DNA from: Epiperipatus broadwayi
Taxonomy: Eukaryota > Animalia > Onychophora
NCBI GenBank assembly: GCA_028023455.1
Contig: JAQFVV010000006.1
Span: 6,696,001-6,760,000, forward strand
Length of the DNA: 64,000 nt
Direction: 5' to 3'
The notes under the pieces are model-generated. The model searched no databases, was not told the DNA's origin, and saw nothing but the letters and a program-made list of their open reading frames with translations. The translations under genes were made by a program, and so were the position numbers. Positions 26,461 through 39,520 of this stretch are shown piece by piece; the first letter of the stretch is position 1; every line of letters starts with the position of its first letter.

Positions 26461-28232
26461 TTGCTTTAAAAATTTCAGAATATTTTCAAAATGTGCTTAC
26501 ATAATTCAACGAAGAGCTTAGATGGCAGAAGTAGCACAATTCCCTGACATGTTTACAGAATGGATTTCAAACCTGGACCAAGTAAAATTCTTTAAAAGAG
26601 AATTAAGATTTTTGCTTAAATTAAATGAGCCCATCCAATTTTCCAATATTGGTTAATAAATAAGTATCCTGCTATTTTCAGCCGAATAATAAAACATGTG
26701 TAGGAAATCATTCAAAAGCCTCACCATTTAGCAGTCAGTAAGCCCAAGGAATCCTAGTTATATTGATATGCATATTAGGAATTTGTCAGTTTTTTCCAAT
26801 AATGATCTAACTTTATGTGCAAAAGGTAAAATCGCTAATTGTCCTTTCTAGAAATATAAATTTATGTTGCAAGAGGTTAGGATATCATGTATATACATTA
26901 AGCATAAAACATATAATTGATCTTTATTAAACTTAAAAGTCCACAGGTAAAGGCAAAACAATATTCACACAGCCCATTGCAGACCAAAGCTTCTTCAATA
27001 ATTGCTCGGAGAAAAACCAATGAACGAGAAAGCATACTGGGAGAAAAAACAATGAATGAGAAAACATATTCTTAACTTTATTAATTGCTGGGCCATTGGA
27101 GTTTGAATGACTTTTCATGTTTGTTTTATGATTTAACTAAGAATAAATTGAATACCATTTACTGATAAATAGTAAAGTAGGTGACTAAGAGCCATATTTG
27201 GGATGAAAATCTGGCTGTGATTCAAACTCAGGTAAAATGACACGTGGATGCATATATCTAATATTTAAAACATATACATAATACTTTTGATTAGTTTATA
27301 ATAATTTGTGTATTTATTAAATGAAATAGTCGAATGGTTTATCGATCTTCCAGCAATAAACCATTTCGATTATTTTATCAAGTAAATAATAAATTCGAGT
27401 ACCAGAGGTAATATAAATGGCCACAATCAATGGGCCAGACTCCGATACTTTACCACTGCCATCAAATCAGGGTTGCATATTTATTAAAATACTTTTTTTT
27501 TTAAAATAAGGTTTGCTAAAAAAGTATAGTTTGTAAAATAAATGTGTGGAATATATACACGTGCGTGTATGTGCAGATAGGAATAAAGATTTGCAACTTT
27601 GCTATATGGTTTGATATTATATTTATAACAAAAAGTAAAAAGAAAATTAATTTGAGATGAGATTTCATATTTTTGCATGTTTATAATCAGTATTCTTTGA
27701 TTTGATTCAAACTGGCGAAATTGAGTTGAATTTGATATTTATTTTATTATAACTATGGCAAAGAAAACAATTGTATGCTTTGTTTCTAAGTGAATTTAAA
27801 AGAACTGCTTTAGGCTTTGACCTATACTTTGCAGATGCTGCTTTGGTTTCTATTATCAATAAAACAAAATATCATAACTCACGATTTTAATATTCGTTTG
27901 AAATATATTGCTTTGTGCGCGCACACCATCGTTAGACAATATATTAAAAAGATTTTCTTTTACGGTAATACAGTAGAGATAAAGCAAGTATTAAATAACC
28001 CATCACAAAGATTCTTCAAACAACCCTTTTATTACAGGGTTTCCAGTTTCTGAATGGTGTACGTGCTTGTCTTTTTGATAAGTATTGCCGGATACCCATT
28101 TACCATCCAATGTTCATAAATTAGCTTGGTCTGCAAATATAATATTTTAAATTGTATCGTTTATTATTGTTAATAGCAAACTTTATATAATATATACATT
28201 TAACATATGTTCTATACTTTATATATATATAT

Positions 28233-28307
28233 GTCAAAGCGTTGGCCAGGAAACGATCCCGGGCCAACTGGCTTGGAAGGCAGCTATGCTAACCACTAGG
28301 CCACCAA
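28233..28307 (-). mobile_element. tRNA-Gly(TCC)-derived SINE or pseudogene
   Basis: TTGGTGGCCTAGTGGTTAGCATAGCTGCCTTCCAAGCCAGTTGGCCCGGGATCGTTTCCTGGCCAACGC-TTTGAC. TCC anticodon retained, same 3' trailer as 26273, adjacent (TA)n. Confidence 0.85.
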
Positions 28308-28555
28308 ATTCTTTATTCAGACTTTACATTTGTTCCACAAAGTAATGATTTCTGAAATAATATAACATTTCCTATTAATAATGTTTCATATTTAAATTTG
28401 AGCTAATGATATGCAATTGTGTTCTTATATATTTGTGTCTAAGAGTTTGTAAAGTTTAAGATAACTATTGTATTAGTATTTCTTTGTGTAGTAAATAAAG
28501 ATATGTTTATTAGTACAGGAAGGATTTTAGCATTTTGGCTTCCTTACTTGTTATT

Positions 28556-28830
28556 TTTAGCTAAAATTAGTTAGATACCCAATTTCCAACACTAACTGGG
28601 TTGGCTACAGGCTGGTCACCTGAAAAAAAAAATTGTAATCATCTGAACTTGAAAGTTTATGAAATAACTACTATTTACTTTCTTGTTTTTTTGCTTTAGC
28701 TAAAACTAGTTAGACACCCAATTTCCAACACTAACTGGGTTGATAACATACTGGTCACCTGAAAAAAAAAATTGTAATCATTGTGAACCTAAAAAACTTG
28801 AAAGTTTAAAAATAACTATTGACTTTTCCT
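28556..28830. repeat. Tandem duplication (period about 140 bp)
   Basis: TTAGCTAAAA.TAGTTAGA.ACCCAATTTCCAACACTAACTGGGTTG...GGTCACCTGAAAAAAAAAATTGTAATCAT occurs twice. Confidence 0.9.
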
Positions 28831-29649
28831 AATTTTTTGATATCAATGTAGAATATTCTTTTAGGGTTGTACATCACTAGCTTATACTAGTGATAATAGC
28901 TTTTTTGCCTGTTCAGTGATTTATTCACTATAATAGCATGACTATAAAAATTCTGATATATCCTTTATATTTGTCAGTTATATTATTTATTTTAATCCTT
29001 TCCACACAAATTGTAGGATATTATAAAAGTTGCATTTCCAACTTTGGATAAATATTTTGTGATTATAATACCTATGTATATTCTTGTTACTATAGCTCCT
29101 TTTAAGAGCTTTCTCTTGTTTAATGCATTTCTTAAATCAGATATTCATGCATTAGTTTTTTATTTTCATGCACTGAATGAATTAACATTAATTAAATGAA
29201 ATGCTAAAAAAAAAATAAAAGATTCAATTAATTAAAGCATCAGGAGATCCCTGAATTGATTCTAGTGTTTGTGCTCAGACTTCTTGTGAACTCTGAGCAA
29301 TAAAACTATTAGCATTTCTTATGGCCAATATTTGAATATGGTGGACATGTTAAATTCTGAAGTTGAAGGTTCTCTAATTGATCCCAGTTCAGGCACTGTT
29401 GCATTCAATCTTTTTAGGAACTCCCAGACAATAAATTCACTTGATTATTCATTTATTAATAATAAATTTATAATTATTATAATTAAATAACGTAGATGAA
29501 AAAAAAAAGGTAAAACAGTCTTTAAATATTACAATGCAGGACAAAGGTATCTCCACAGTCTCACATGAACAATTAAGGAGAAGGCAATCCTACTTAGCCA
29601 ACCTGGTCACAAAGATTTTGGGCAGATTTTTATCATTTAGGTAAAAATA

Positions 29650-29990
29650 GCCAGACACTCACTGAACCAAACTATATTGGAACTGGATGGAACTCTCATT
29701 TTATCCACTCTGTTTTGCCTGGGAAAAATGTTATTTGAGGATACTTTGTATGATTTGAAAATTATGATTTCAAGATCAGGAAATATGTTCTTCAGTTTGG
29801 TGGATGTGACATTATAAAATATACTGATATAAAATCACATCTTCATTATATTGGGCATGTGAAGTCCACAAGTGATAATGGACTTTGTAAAAAAGTATTT
29901 TATGGTGATTTTGGGAATGGTTTTCATGTGAGAGGTAGATCCATATATTCCAAGATCATAAGACCAATTGATATTTTTTTCAGCTACTAT
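29650..29990 (+). mobile_element. RTE (BovB-like) C-terminal remnant
   Basis: HLHYIGHVKSTSDNGLCKKVFYGDFGNGFHVRGR resembles the RTE motif LRWLGHV.RM.D.R.PK.I.YGEL..G.R.RGRP. Confidence 0.6.
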
Positions 29991-30329
29991 TGTAAAATTA
30001 CATCTTCTTTGATGCGAAGATTGTAAATGCTAATATCCTTTCTTTAAAAAAAGGTATTTTAATGTGAACGTGAGTGCAGTTTTCATAATTTACATTATAA
30101 TTTCAAAAGTACTCTAAACAAAGGCAATATTTATTGCCATCATTAACAAAATATGAATGAGAATAAAACACAGTGAACCACTATGATTTTGTAAGGTGTT
30201 GCAGTCTTTCAGAAAGATAGAAAGTGACATCATAAATGATCAAATAAATGAATTAAAGGATCAGCATGTGATATATATATATATTAGATACCTTTGGGTT
30301 TACAGACTTGTTTGCATAGTAATCTCATT

Positions 30330-30455
30330 TATAATCTTTTATTATTATTAATCTCATTTATAATCTTTTATTATTATTATTATTATTATTATTTTTGTTA
30401 TTATTATTATTGTTATTATTGATATCATTATTATTATTGTTACTGTTATTAATAT
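30330..30455. repeat. (TTA/TTG)n low-complexity microsatellite
   Basis: Direct reading of the sequence. Confidence 0.9.
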
Positions 30456-31058
30456 AATTTTTATTGTTATGATTTTTTTTTCTGGAGTTATAATAATCAC
30501 ACTTATTTATGAGTGGGTACTGATAACTGATTGTTGATTGGATGATCACTTCAATTAGCTATGAATCATATACAAGGCAAAAAATCCTAAGCTTAAAGGA
30601 AACAATTCAGGTCATAGGATTGGCAAATAGACATGCGATTACTAACTATACTGTCAAGTTCAGGTCATAGGGTCAAATTAAACATGTACCAGTACAATAC
30701 AAAGTTAAGCCACTGTTGACAGATAGATATACACCAATACCCTAAAAGGTCAAATTCAGATCATATGATTGACAGTAAAATATGCACCAATACACTAAAA
30801 GGTTAAAAACTCAAACCAAATCCACCTATCTTATTACTGTTACAATGCTTATTTTATTAAATTATTCAACTTTACAGTTTTGATCGACCAACAATCTTCT
30901 TCAGAGCTATAATATATATATACAAAGAATTTATTGTTTAAACAAATATCTTTATATCCCTTATAAATTGATTCATTTTTTATATGTTATATAGATATAT
31001 ATGTATACAAACCACATATTTATATTCATTATTTATTCTTTACTGTACCTACTGAAAT

Positions 31059-31162
31059 ATAGAGGCAAACCTCCATACAGTAGCACCACTCAGTACAAGC
31101 CTCTGTGTAAACAGCTTGTGTAGGCATAAACAATGGTGATCATGTGATGTTTATTGTTTTGA
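31059..31162. mobile_element. Short family B composite with 11-bp TSD
   Basis: Inverted start (AGAGGCAAACCTCCATACAG...) followed by the sense end (AATGGTGATCATGTGATGTTTA). TSD CCTACTGAAAT at 31048-31058 and 31163-31173. Confidence 0.85.
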
Positions 31163-31587
31163 CCTACTGAAATTTGAGATGAATTTCAGTATGTGATAAA
31201 ATGTCATAATTATTTTTTATTTTGTTTGATGATGGATACGTTAACTCGTAAAACATTGAACTGTATTGCTACGATGACAATAATATTGATATAAAATTGT
31301 TTATTATTAATTATAAGATTATAAATTGGCTTGATTTATTTTTAAAAAAGAAAATGGATATGTGACTAATAAAGCATAAAGTTTGGATAAAATTATTCTT
31401 TTGTTATATGTCTCATTTTCATTACTGCATTCACAATACTAAATCATAAACAATACAAATAAATTATGATAATATTAAATCATGCTATCACACATACAAC
31501 GTAAAGCTGTAACAACAAATAGTATAGTATAATAAGTCACATACTAACCCAGAATGGACTTCAATTTTTGCACATCAAAAAGTATCA

Positions 31588-31740
31588 GGACATGAGTTCG
31601 AACCCGCATCTGCAAAATTCGTTTGTACTGAGAGGCATGATGTTAAGCGTAAGGTAAAGGAGGCTTACTTTGTAGCAGAGGACTCCTTCACCATTAATCA
31701 TAAAGAAGCATGTTTTGATATATCAAAAAGATGGTCTTAA
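31588..31740 (+). pseudogene. PLE GIY-YIG C-terminal remnant
   Basis: GHEFEPASAKFVCTERHDVKRKVKEAYFVAEDSFTINHKEACFDISKRWS*, alignable by eye to 7600-7812. Confidence 0.75.
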
Positions 31741-34700
31741 TGACTCATTTGCATATCATATTTATATAATGATTTCAAAGAATGAGTCATAACTGACTAT
31801 GATTATAAGAAGTACATCTTCTTGAAAGAACTCAGCCATTTAATTTATTTTTCTATTTGTTGTTACAGCTTTACGTCTTAAGTGTGATAGAATGATTTAA
31901 TATCATAATTTAGACAAACATAAAGTATAAATCTACAGGTTATTACTTAATACAAATAAATGTTTAATATTTCAAATACATTTGTTGTTTTTATTTGTGT
32001 GATATTATACTGGGAAGGTATGTATAAAATACATATATATTTTTCCAATTTAATGTAGTGGAAATGTAGTTTAAATTATTTAATTTATGTTATAATAAAA
32101 AATAGTATTGGTATTGTGACCCGTACATTTTTGTTATATATAATAATTCTAAAATATTTATTTTTGTTTGTTAGATAATACAATTTTTGTTAAAGAGACA
32201 CTGCCTGAAATTGCTTAAAAAGTGAATATAGAGGATAGCTATAGTTATACTAGTGTGAATGAAAAATTTTATAAATAATAATTAAATAGTTTAAACCCTT
32301 TCTCTCTTTTGTTTTGGCTTTCAACAGAAGCATATATAAATTTCTTTATATGATTTTTTTATTTATTTTAAAAGTATATAGTTAACTAAACAAAATGGAG
32401 GTGTAAGAAACAACATTATCTGCATATGAACCAGGCAGCATGTCAGAAAATTTTATGAGAAACTGACAATTTATTATAAAAGGAAAAATCAAAATTATTC
32501 CATTATGTTATAAGCCATCAGAATAATTTTATCCTTTAAAATGGATGTTATCTATATTTTAAAGATAAAATACAAATGTCAGAAGGTGTACAAAAATCAT
32601 ATCTACCAGCCTGTGTAATTTTATTAGATTGATTAATCAATTTTATCTAAGATATAAATCAGTTTACTTTCTCATCATATCATCTTAGATAAAGCTAGCT
32701 ATTCATTTGTAATATTTTACTATAATACTCATTCATGAAAGCATATCTCTTCACATCATCCTGAATATAAACTAGTACTTATATTTTTAATGTCATATAA
32801 ACCAAATACTTATTTGAAAGAATAATTTGGATATATATATATATATAAAACATTGGAATTGTTAAAATGTACTTTGGATTTAAAAATTTTCATGAATATA
32901 TTATATCTTCTCCAGAACAAGGACATACTATTGGTTTGTAGTTTGAACTAGATATCAAAACTGTGATGCCATTCTGGAAATACAGTATTTAAAGACTCAT
33001 TCAGGTCATTATTTATATTTATCATTACTATTGCCATATCATTTTTTGTTTCTCTTCATTTAAAAATGTATAGTATCAATTGATAAATAGTATATAATTT
33101 TAAGTTAAATAGTAATCTATTCACATATCAAAATATAAGAGAGTTATGTTTTCCTAAGTTTAAACTAATATTTTGCAACATAGTAATTATTATTTTAATA
33201 TTTAAAAACATTCATTTTTTTATTTATTGATTTTAAATTAACTTCAGGTATATCACTTATGTTAGAAGTTTTAGAAAATATTTTATCGCAATAAGTATTC
33301 ACTTTATTTTGTTCTCTTAAATTTATATTAATAAACAACTAGATTCATTTTTGCATCTATATATTTTAAATTAACTATATATATATATCTTTTTTATATA
33401 TAAAGTATAGAATATGTATATATTAAATTCTCATGTATCTTGAAAAGTATAAACATTCTGCAACATATTTGTTGTTACATAGACATATGTGTTTCATATT
33501 TGGTCTTAAATAATTAGAGATTAATAAAAAATCAGATATTTAAATTTGAAATTAATGTCAAATGATGATACATGCATTTAAATCATAGATATACAGATTG
33601 ATTGTTTACAATCTATTTATTATGTATATATATTTTATTATATAATTGATATTTATTTATTAATAAATTTTAATTTAATTTAAAATCAAATAAACTTGTC
33701 TGATTATTGTCCAATTGTGTAACATGGATTTGTTGATTAATAACATTCGGGTGAGACAAGATAAACTGACTATCATACAATTGATCTGAAATAACTATAT
33801 CACATAATCCAGAAATCAAATCCCAGGATCGATAAGTGAGTATGGCTACATTACTTTTTTTATTGAATTCAATAGTTATTATCCGATTGGATATAATCTT
33901 TATATGATAACTGTAATCAAGTATTTGCATGTTTTATCTAAATTATTGATCAGATATGTATTGTATTGAGTTCATGATTGGTCAGTAATATCTGAATCTT
34001 ATTCAATTATAAAGCTGAAAGTAGTATATTTTGTTGTTATAAATCAGAATGACTTGCTTTATTTATATTTAAATTTAGTTGATGTGGATCATAAATCCAA
34101 TTAAATATTAAATTTTAATATTCAAACTTGATTATAATAAATGCTAATAATTCTTTTCATTTTTTATATATTTTGATGTTATAATATAGTTTTAATAATT
34201 TAGTTACTAGAAATATTGATATGATTAATTATAATTAAGTAAATACTCAATAGAAATCTACTGTTTCTTTTATATACTGGTACAATGGGAGATTATAGAT
34301 TCAAGATTTAATAGGTTCATAAAGATATTACATCATTAATGAGCATTTCATTTTATTATAATTAATTTAACTAGTAAAAGTAAAATCAATATAAGAAAAT
34401 AGCATGAATAATAATTTACTACTTCATTAAATTTGGATTTAAAATTAATTATTGGGTCACATGATATTATGAATATTGAAAATAGTGATGATACAATTGA
34501 CTGAGACTACAACCAAGCTTTAAAGTATGAAATTCAGATATTTTAAATCTCTAGCTTACCTAATGGTTGGTTCAAGAAATGCCTATATAGTAAAAGAGGG
34601 TAGTCTAAAATTGGGAGGTAATTTGCTAGATATAAATTTGAAATTGATGAGTGCATTATAAAAATATGATATGTGATTAGTTAGATGTCTTCAAGTAAAA

Positions 34701-35269
34701 ATAATGTTTGTATTCTTGCATATATAAACAATAGGACCCATTTAAAGATAATTATACAACACTATTTAAGAATAACTCTACCTGACAGTAGAAAAGAGAA
34801 ATCTACAGAATAACTTAAATCTGCTATTGTAAAAACCATCTTTGTCTATGAACAAATAAAATCATTAATACAGGAAAACAGGCAAAAAATTCTTTTAAAT
34901 TGGCTGTGCATGGAAAAGAGCAATCCAGCAGCTTTTCCTTGATCATAGATAAACCATAAAGGAAAAAGCACTATTCATTGGTTGGTGAGAATTTGAGTGC
35001 TTTTCCATTGTTGTTTTACACTATAGATAAGACTTCTGAATAGTCATTTACTGATGAATAATAGATGGTTAGTTTAAGTCTGATTATAATCTGAAAAAAT
35101 CACTATTTTACTTGACTGGGGTTTAACCCCATTTCAAGGACATGGGATCTTCATTACAAGCTATTATTAGCATGCAAACAAACAACAACACCATTAACCC
35201 AGCAAATGAAAACCCAGAAAATCATGACTTCTGTCTAGTAAATAATGGTAACTACCACGCATCATCATA

Positions 35270-35690
35270 ATCATTTTAACCATTATAGATCCATTGAAGA
35301 ATAAAAGTTTCTACAGGTTTAGTCCAATTTATCAGATCCATATATACCCTCTCTTCTTAACATAACTTCAAGAAGCCTTTTTATTTCATCTATGTATCTG
35401 ACATGTGGTCTTTTTCTAGGTCTTTTATGCTTTTTGGGGATCCACTTTAAGACTTCAATTAACGATCTGTTTCGGAACTTTGCCCAGCCCAAAAACAATT
35501 CAGTCTCAGGATTATTTTAACAATAGCAGTAATACCTGCTGGTTCTCTCACTCACAGATTTCCCTTTCAATCCCTTTCTTTTGAGTAATGGATATAATTT
35601 TGGGTTACACGTTCTAAGTATTGTTTGTAATGCTATGCTAAAAATATTCAAATGACTTTATTGCATGAGAATCCATAAGATGTTTGAGAG
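35270..35690 (-). mobile_element. RTE LINE 3' fragment
   Basis: CATCATCATAATCAT tail and ACATGTGGTCTTTTTCTAGGTCTTTTA, homologous to 4905-5260. Confidence 0.7.
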
Positions 35691-38600
35691 TTGAAAGTAC
35701 CAGCATTGGAATTGATCTTAAGACCCCCCCTCCCCATTTTAGCATCTGACACTCTAACAGGGTGTTCAACTGCACAGACCCATACGCATATTGTGATTGT
35801 TAAAAAAGCATCAACTCACAAGATTTTGTGCTTTTAATACATTTATTCATAACCTATGTGTTCTAATATAGATATACGAGCTGTTGCTAATTTGAAATCT
35901 AACTTTAGCTTTTATTAATGCAAATGGAATACAAATTGTCACATGACATAGTTAAAACTGACTTCAAAACTAAAGATGATGAATGGACAAAGATGCTTCT
36001 GGAATGGTATACCTAAAATTTTTGCCTTCCCAAAATTTCAAAAACATACCTTACTGATATTTACGAGATATTTCTTAATACTTTTTAAAAATATGTATAA
36101 AACAAAAGAAACTCTAAAGCTCAGGGTCCCATATGTTTTGTGAATCATACATCACTGTCCACGGAAACCTGATAGAAAATGAAATAGATTTGAAAGTTTA
36201 GCAATTACAGAATTTATAAATAACAATGGCAATGCGCTTTTGGGAGCATATTGACTCAGATATTCCAATCTTTATAAAGAAATCATATTTCATTGCATAA
36301 CATGATATAAACAATTGTAATAGTTTTGTGATAAGAAAATTCAATGGTGCATAGAATTCTAACCATAAACTAATTTAAATAATTATAATGCTAAAGGAAT
36401 GGTTAATCTCTCTAGATATTATGTGTTCATTTGAACATTGTAAGTATCAATACTGCTGCTCCAAGCTATATAAGATCACAATATTGAATATTAAATGAAT
36501 ATCTGGATACAATTTCTTAGAGATTCTCTGATAACTCAATGCAACCTTATTCTGCAAATATGCCATGATTCATTTGTAATAGGCAATGCTAAAGGGTTCA
36601 GCAACCATAGGAATACAATCATATTTATATCTTGGACTATTTCCATCATCTAATATGAGTATTGAATGTCTTTAGAAAAATGTACTTTATATAAATATTC
36701 CAAATACATTCTACTGTTAGTAATAGTATATAGGTTAGTATATGCACAATGTTTCGAGAGATATTATTCTCTCCTCTTCTTCAGGTGTTGCTGGCCTGAC
36801 CAGTGACAGTACTAGCATGGGAATCAAACCTGGAACCTTAGATTCTTTTAGTATTAAATTTTAAGGTAGCTTGTAACGTCTAAATTTATATTTGGTGTGG
36901 TTGTTTTAAAAAAAAAAAAAAGTTTTTTAATTTTTTCTTTTAGTTTAAAAATTTGGAAAAAAAAAAGAAAAAAAAGGAAAAAGGAAAAAAAAAAAAAAAA
37001 AAAAAAATGCTCTAACCAACTGAGCCATCCTGCCAAGATAATGTCTCCTTCACTAGTACTGAAGGCTGTAAATATTACACATGTATTTTAGAGAAGGCAC
37101 CCAATAACCCAGCTTAGACTGGGATTAAGCATAAATAGGTGATTACCTGTTTGCTGATTACTGTTGAGTTGTTAGCTTATTTAGATATAAGCAGTTTACC
37201 TAGAAAAAAATCATATGGTTATGAACTAAGAAAGTTTTCCTCCAGTCTTGATCCAAACTTCACATCTTAAATGTGACCGCAGGGTATGCCAAACATTGCA
37301 CTGTGAGTTACAGTGAATCTCCTAGAATATTTTTGATTTTGGCTATTGGATAGAAGGATTCCTTCTAAAGAATGAGGTAGTATTTTTTGCTTTAATCTTT
37401 AATTTCACTAAATAATAATAATAATATCAAATTATTAAACTATAAGCTTAAAATAATTTATGAAAAATTCAAAAGTGGCTTTTATTGTAGTGCCCCCTAG
37501 TGTAAGTTTGAATAATCAGTAATTACCCCATGCATGTAAAATTTCCAACTATAGTTTTTAAACTCCCATTCTTTTACTGGTTTTGACTTTGCCCTTATCA
37601 ATTTAAATACTAAGTGTAAGGTTTATCTGGGCATAATTGCTAAGATATTCTTGACTTCGTTTAAGGAGAAGCTACAATACATCACATCACATCACATTAT
37701 ATTATATAATTCTAATTTAAAAAAAAAAAACATTTTGTTTGCTTTTAAAACTAAACTGTCTTTTTTTTTTTTTTTTCACAACAATCAAAATCTAATTTCA
37801 AGTTACCAGAAAATCCTAACAATATCAAAAGATATTTATTATAATAAATACTAATCATGCAAAATGCTAAACTGTGTATATATATCATATTAAAAAATAG
37901 AAGAGATTATTATTATTGTTTTTTTAGATTGTATATATATTATGGAGAAAAAAAAAGGGACTGTAATAAGTTTAATAATTTTTATGTACATATATGTATT
38001 TTATTAATTATATTTCATGTATGTATTTAATAATTATATTGTAATGTAATGTAAATAATGTCCATTGGGGGAGTTGCTGTAGGGTAATTGATCGTGTGAT
38101 TGTGTAAACAGAAACATCTTTGAAAAGGTTCTATTAAGGAATGAAAAGTGGATTGATATATTAAGTAATATTTTTATTTATAGTGAGTTGTCTGTTTCAA
38201 TTTTGTTTTAAAGTGATTGTTTTTAATTTTATATACACAGGCAACATTATGGACAAATTTTAACATTGATATTTGATCATTTAAAGTATAAATCACATTA
38301 CGGAACAAATTAAAAATCAAAACCTTTCCAAAAAACACGCTTCCTAGTTTCATCTTCATAATTTACAAACAGATGAGAAAATGAATCCACTTTCTTATCT
38401 TAAATCTAATAGGCTATATATCAAAGTCTACATAAATCTAAGGATGAATATTTTTAATTACCATCCCTATTAGAATTAGCTCAAATTTTCACTGCTAATG
38501 GCTTTAATACCTTTATATACCACCATAATCCCCTATTTATATATTTCAGGTGGTGTTAGTGGTGTCAAGGATAACATTCTCAGCATTTAAAAAATGTTGG

Positions 38601-39139
38601 CCTTTGATTCATCACTATTCTGGTTATGGCTTATTTATCAGTTTAGACCTGAGATGAGAAGTGGTATCATTATTTTATCTGTTGTAAACTATGAAGATGA
38701 AATTAGGTGGCATACATGGCTAATAGGATAAACATTAGTTTATTCTGTAATTTCATATATATATATAAATACAGCAACATATTAAGGGATTAGTGTTATG
38801 ACAATAGTGCATGGGTCTATGATTTTGACTTAGATTCAAACCCAGATCAAGTCAACTTGAAAATTTCTACATAGACTTGGGATTTTTTTTCAAGTAGGCA
38901 GCCTATGAGCTAATCTAGCTACCTATTTTATATTGGTTGGTAAATGGTTATTCACTCATTCTTAACTGCATAATAAATAAAAGAATAAAATGCTCAAATC
39001 TTCAATGCTGATGATTAGGCAAGAGAGTACTGTCTTATTTATCATTATTTTTCTAAGTGATGCTGTAGGAAAAATCTGCTCTACCTTTATTTAGATTAAG
39101 AGTAACAATAAGAATCAAACGGACAATAAATGTTAACTA

Positions 39140-39210
39140 ATAATATGAGAAAATTATAATCTGGGTCAACTGATGAGTGTTAGTTCAACAAGAAATGCAT
39201 CTTGTGAATC
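39140..39210 (+). mobile_element. Family A fragment with degenerate HHR
   Basis: ATAATCTGGGTCAACTGATGAGTGTTAGTTCAACAAGAAATGCATC. Confidence 0.7.
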
Positions 39211-39384
39211 AATTGATTTATAAGATGTCTTTATTCATTTTAATAATTTTTATTACTCATTCATTAGTCTAGAGATTATCTAATTAGTGTAATTTTTACA
39301 ACACTATTATCATGCAAGGTAGGGACTGGTTTCTATCTGCTTTTTAACATCTTGTGGAGGGATGTAATCGTCTAAACATGTGAC

Positions 39385-39520
39385 CAAAAACATGTGAAAA
39401 AGATTCATGATCTTGAAGATGCATATTTTGTTCTGAACCAGCACTCATCAGTTGGCACAGACCACAATCTCTTACACATATCTTTATCACTGTTTAGTAT
39501 ATATTATAGGTAGAAAATTA
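39385..39520 (-). mobile_element. Family A fragment with degenerate HHR
   Basis: Reverse complement CCAACTGATGAGTGCTGGTTCAGAACAAAATATGCATC (GAAA lost). Confidence 0.75.
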
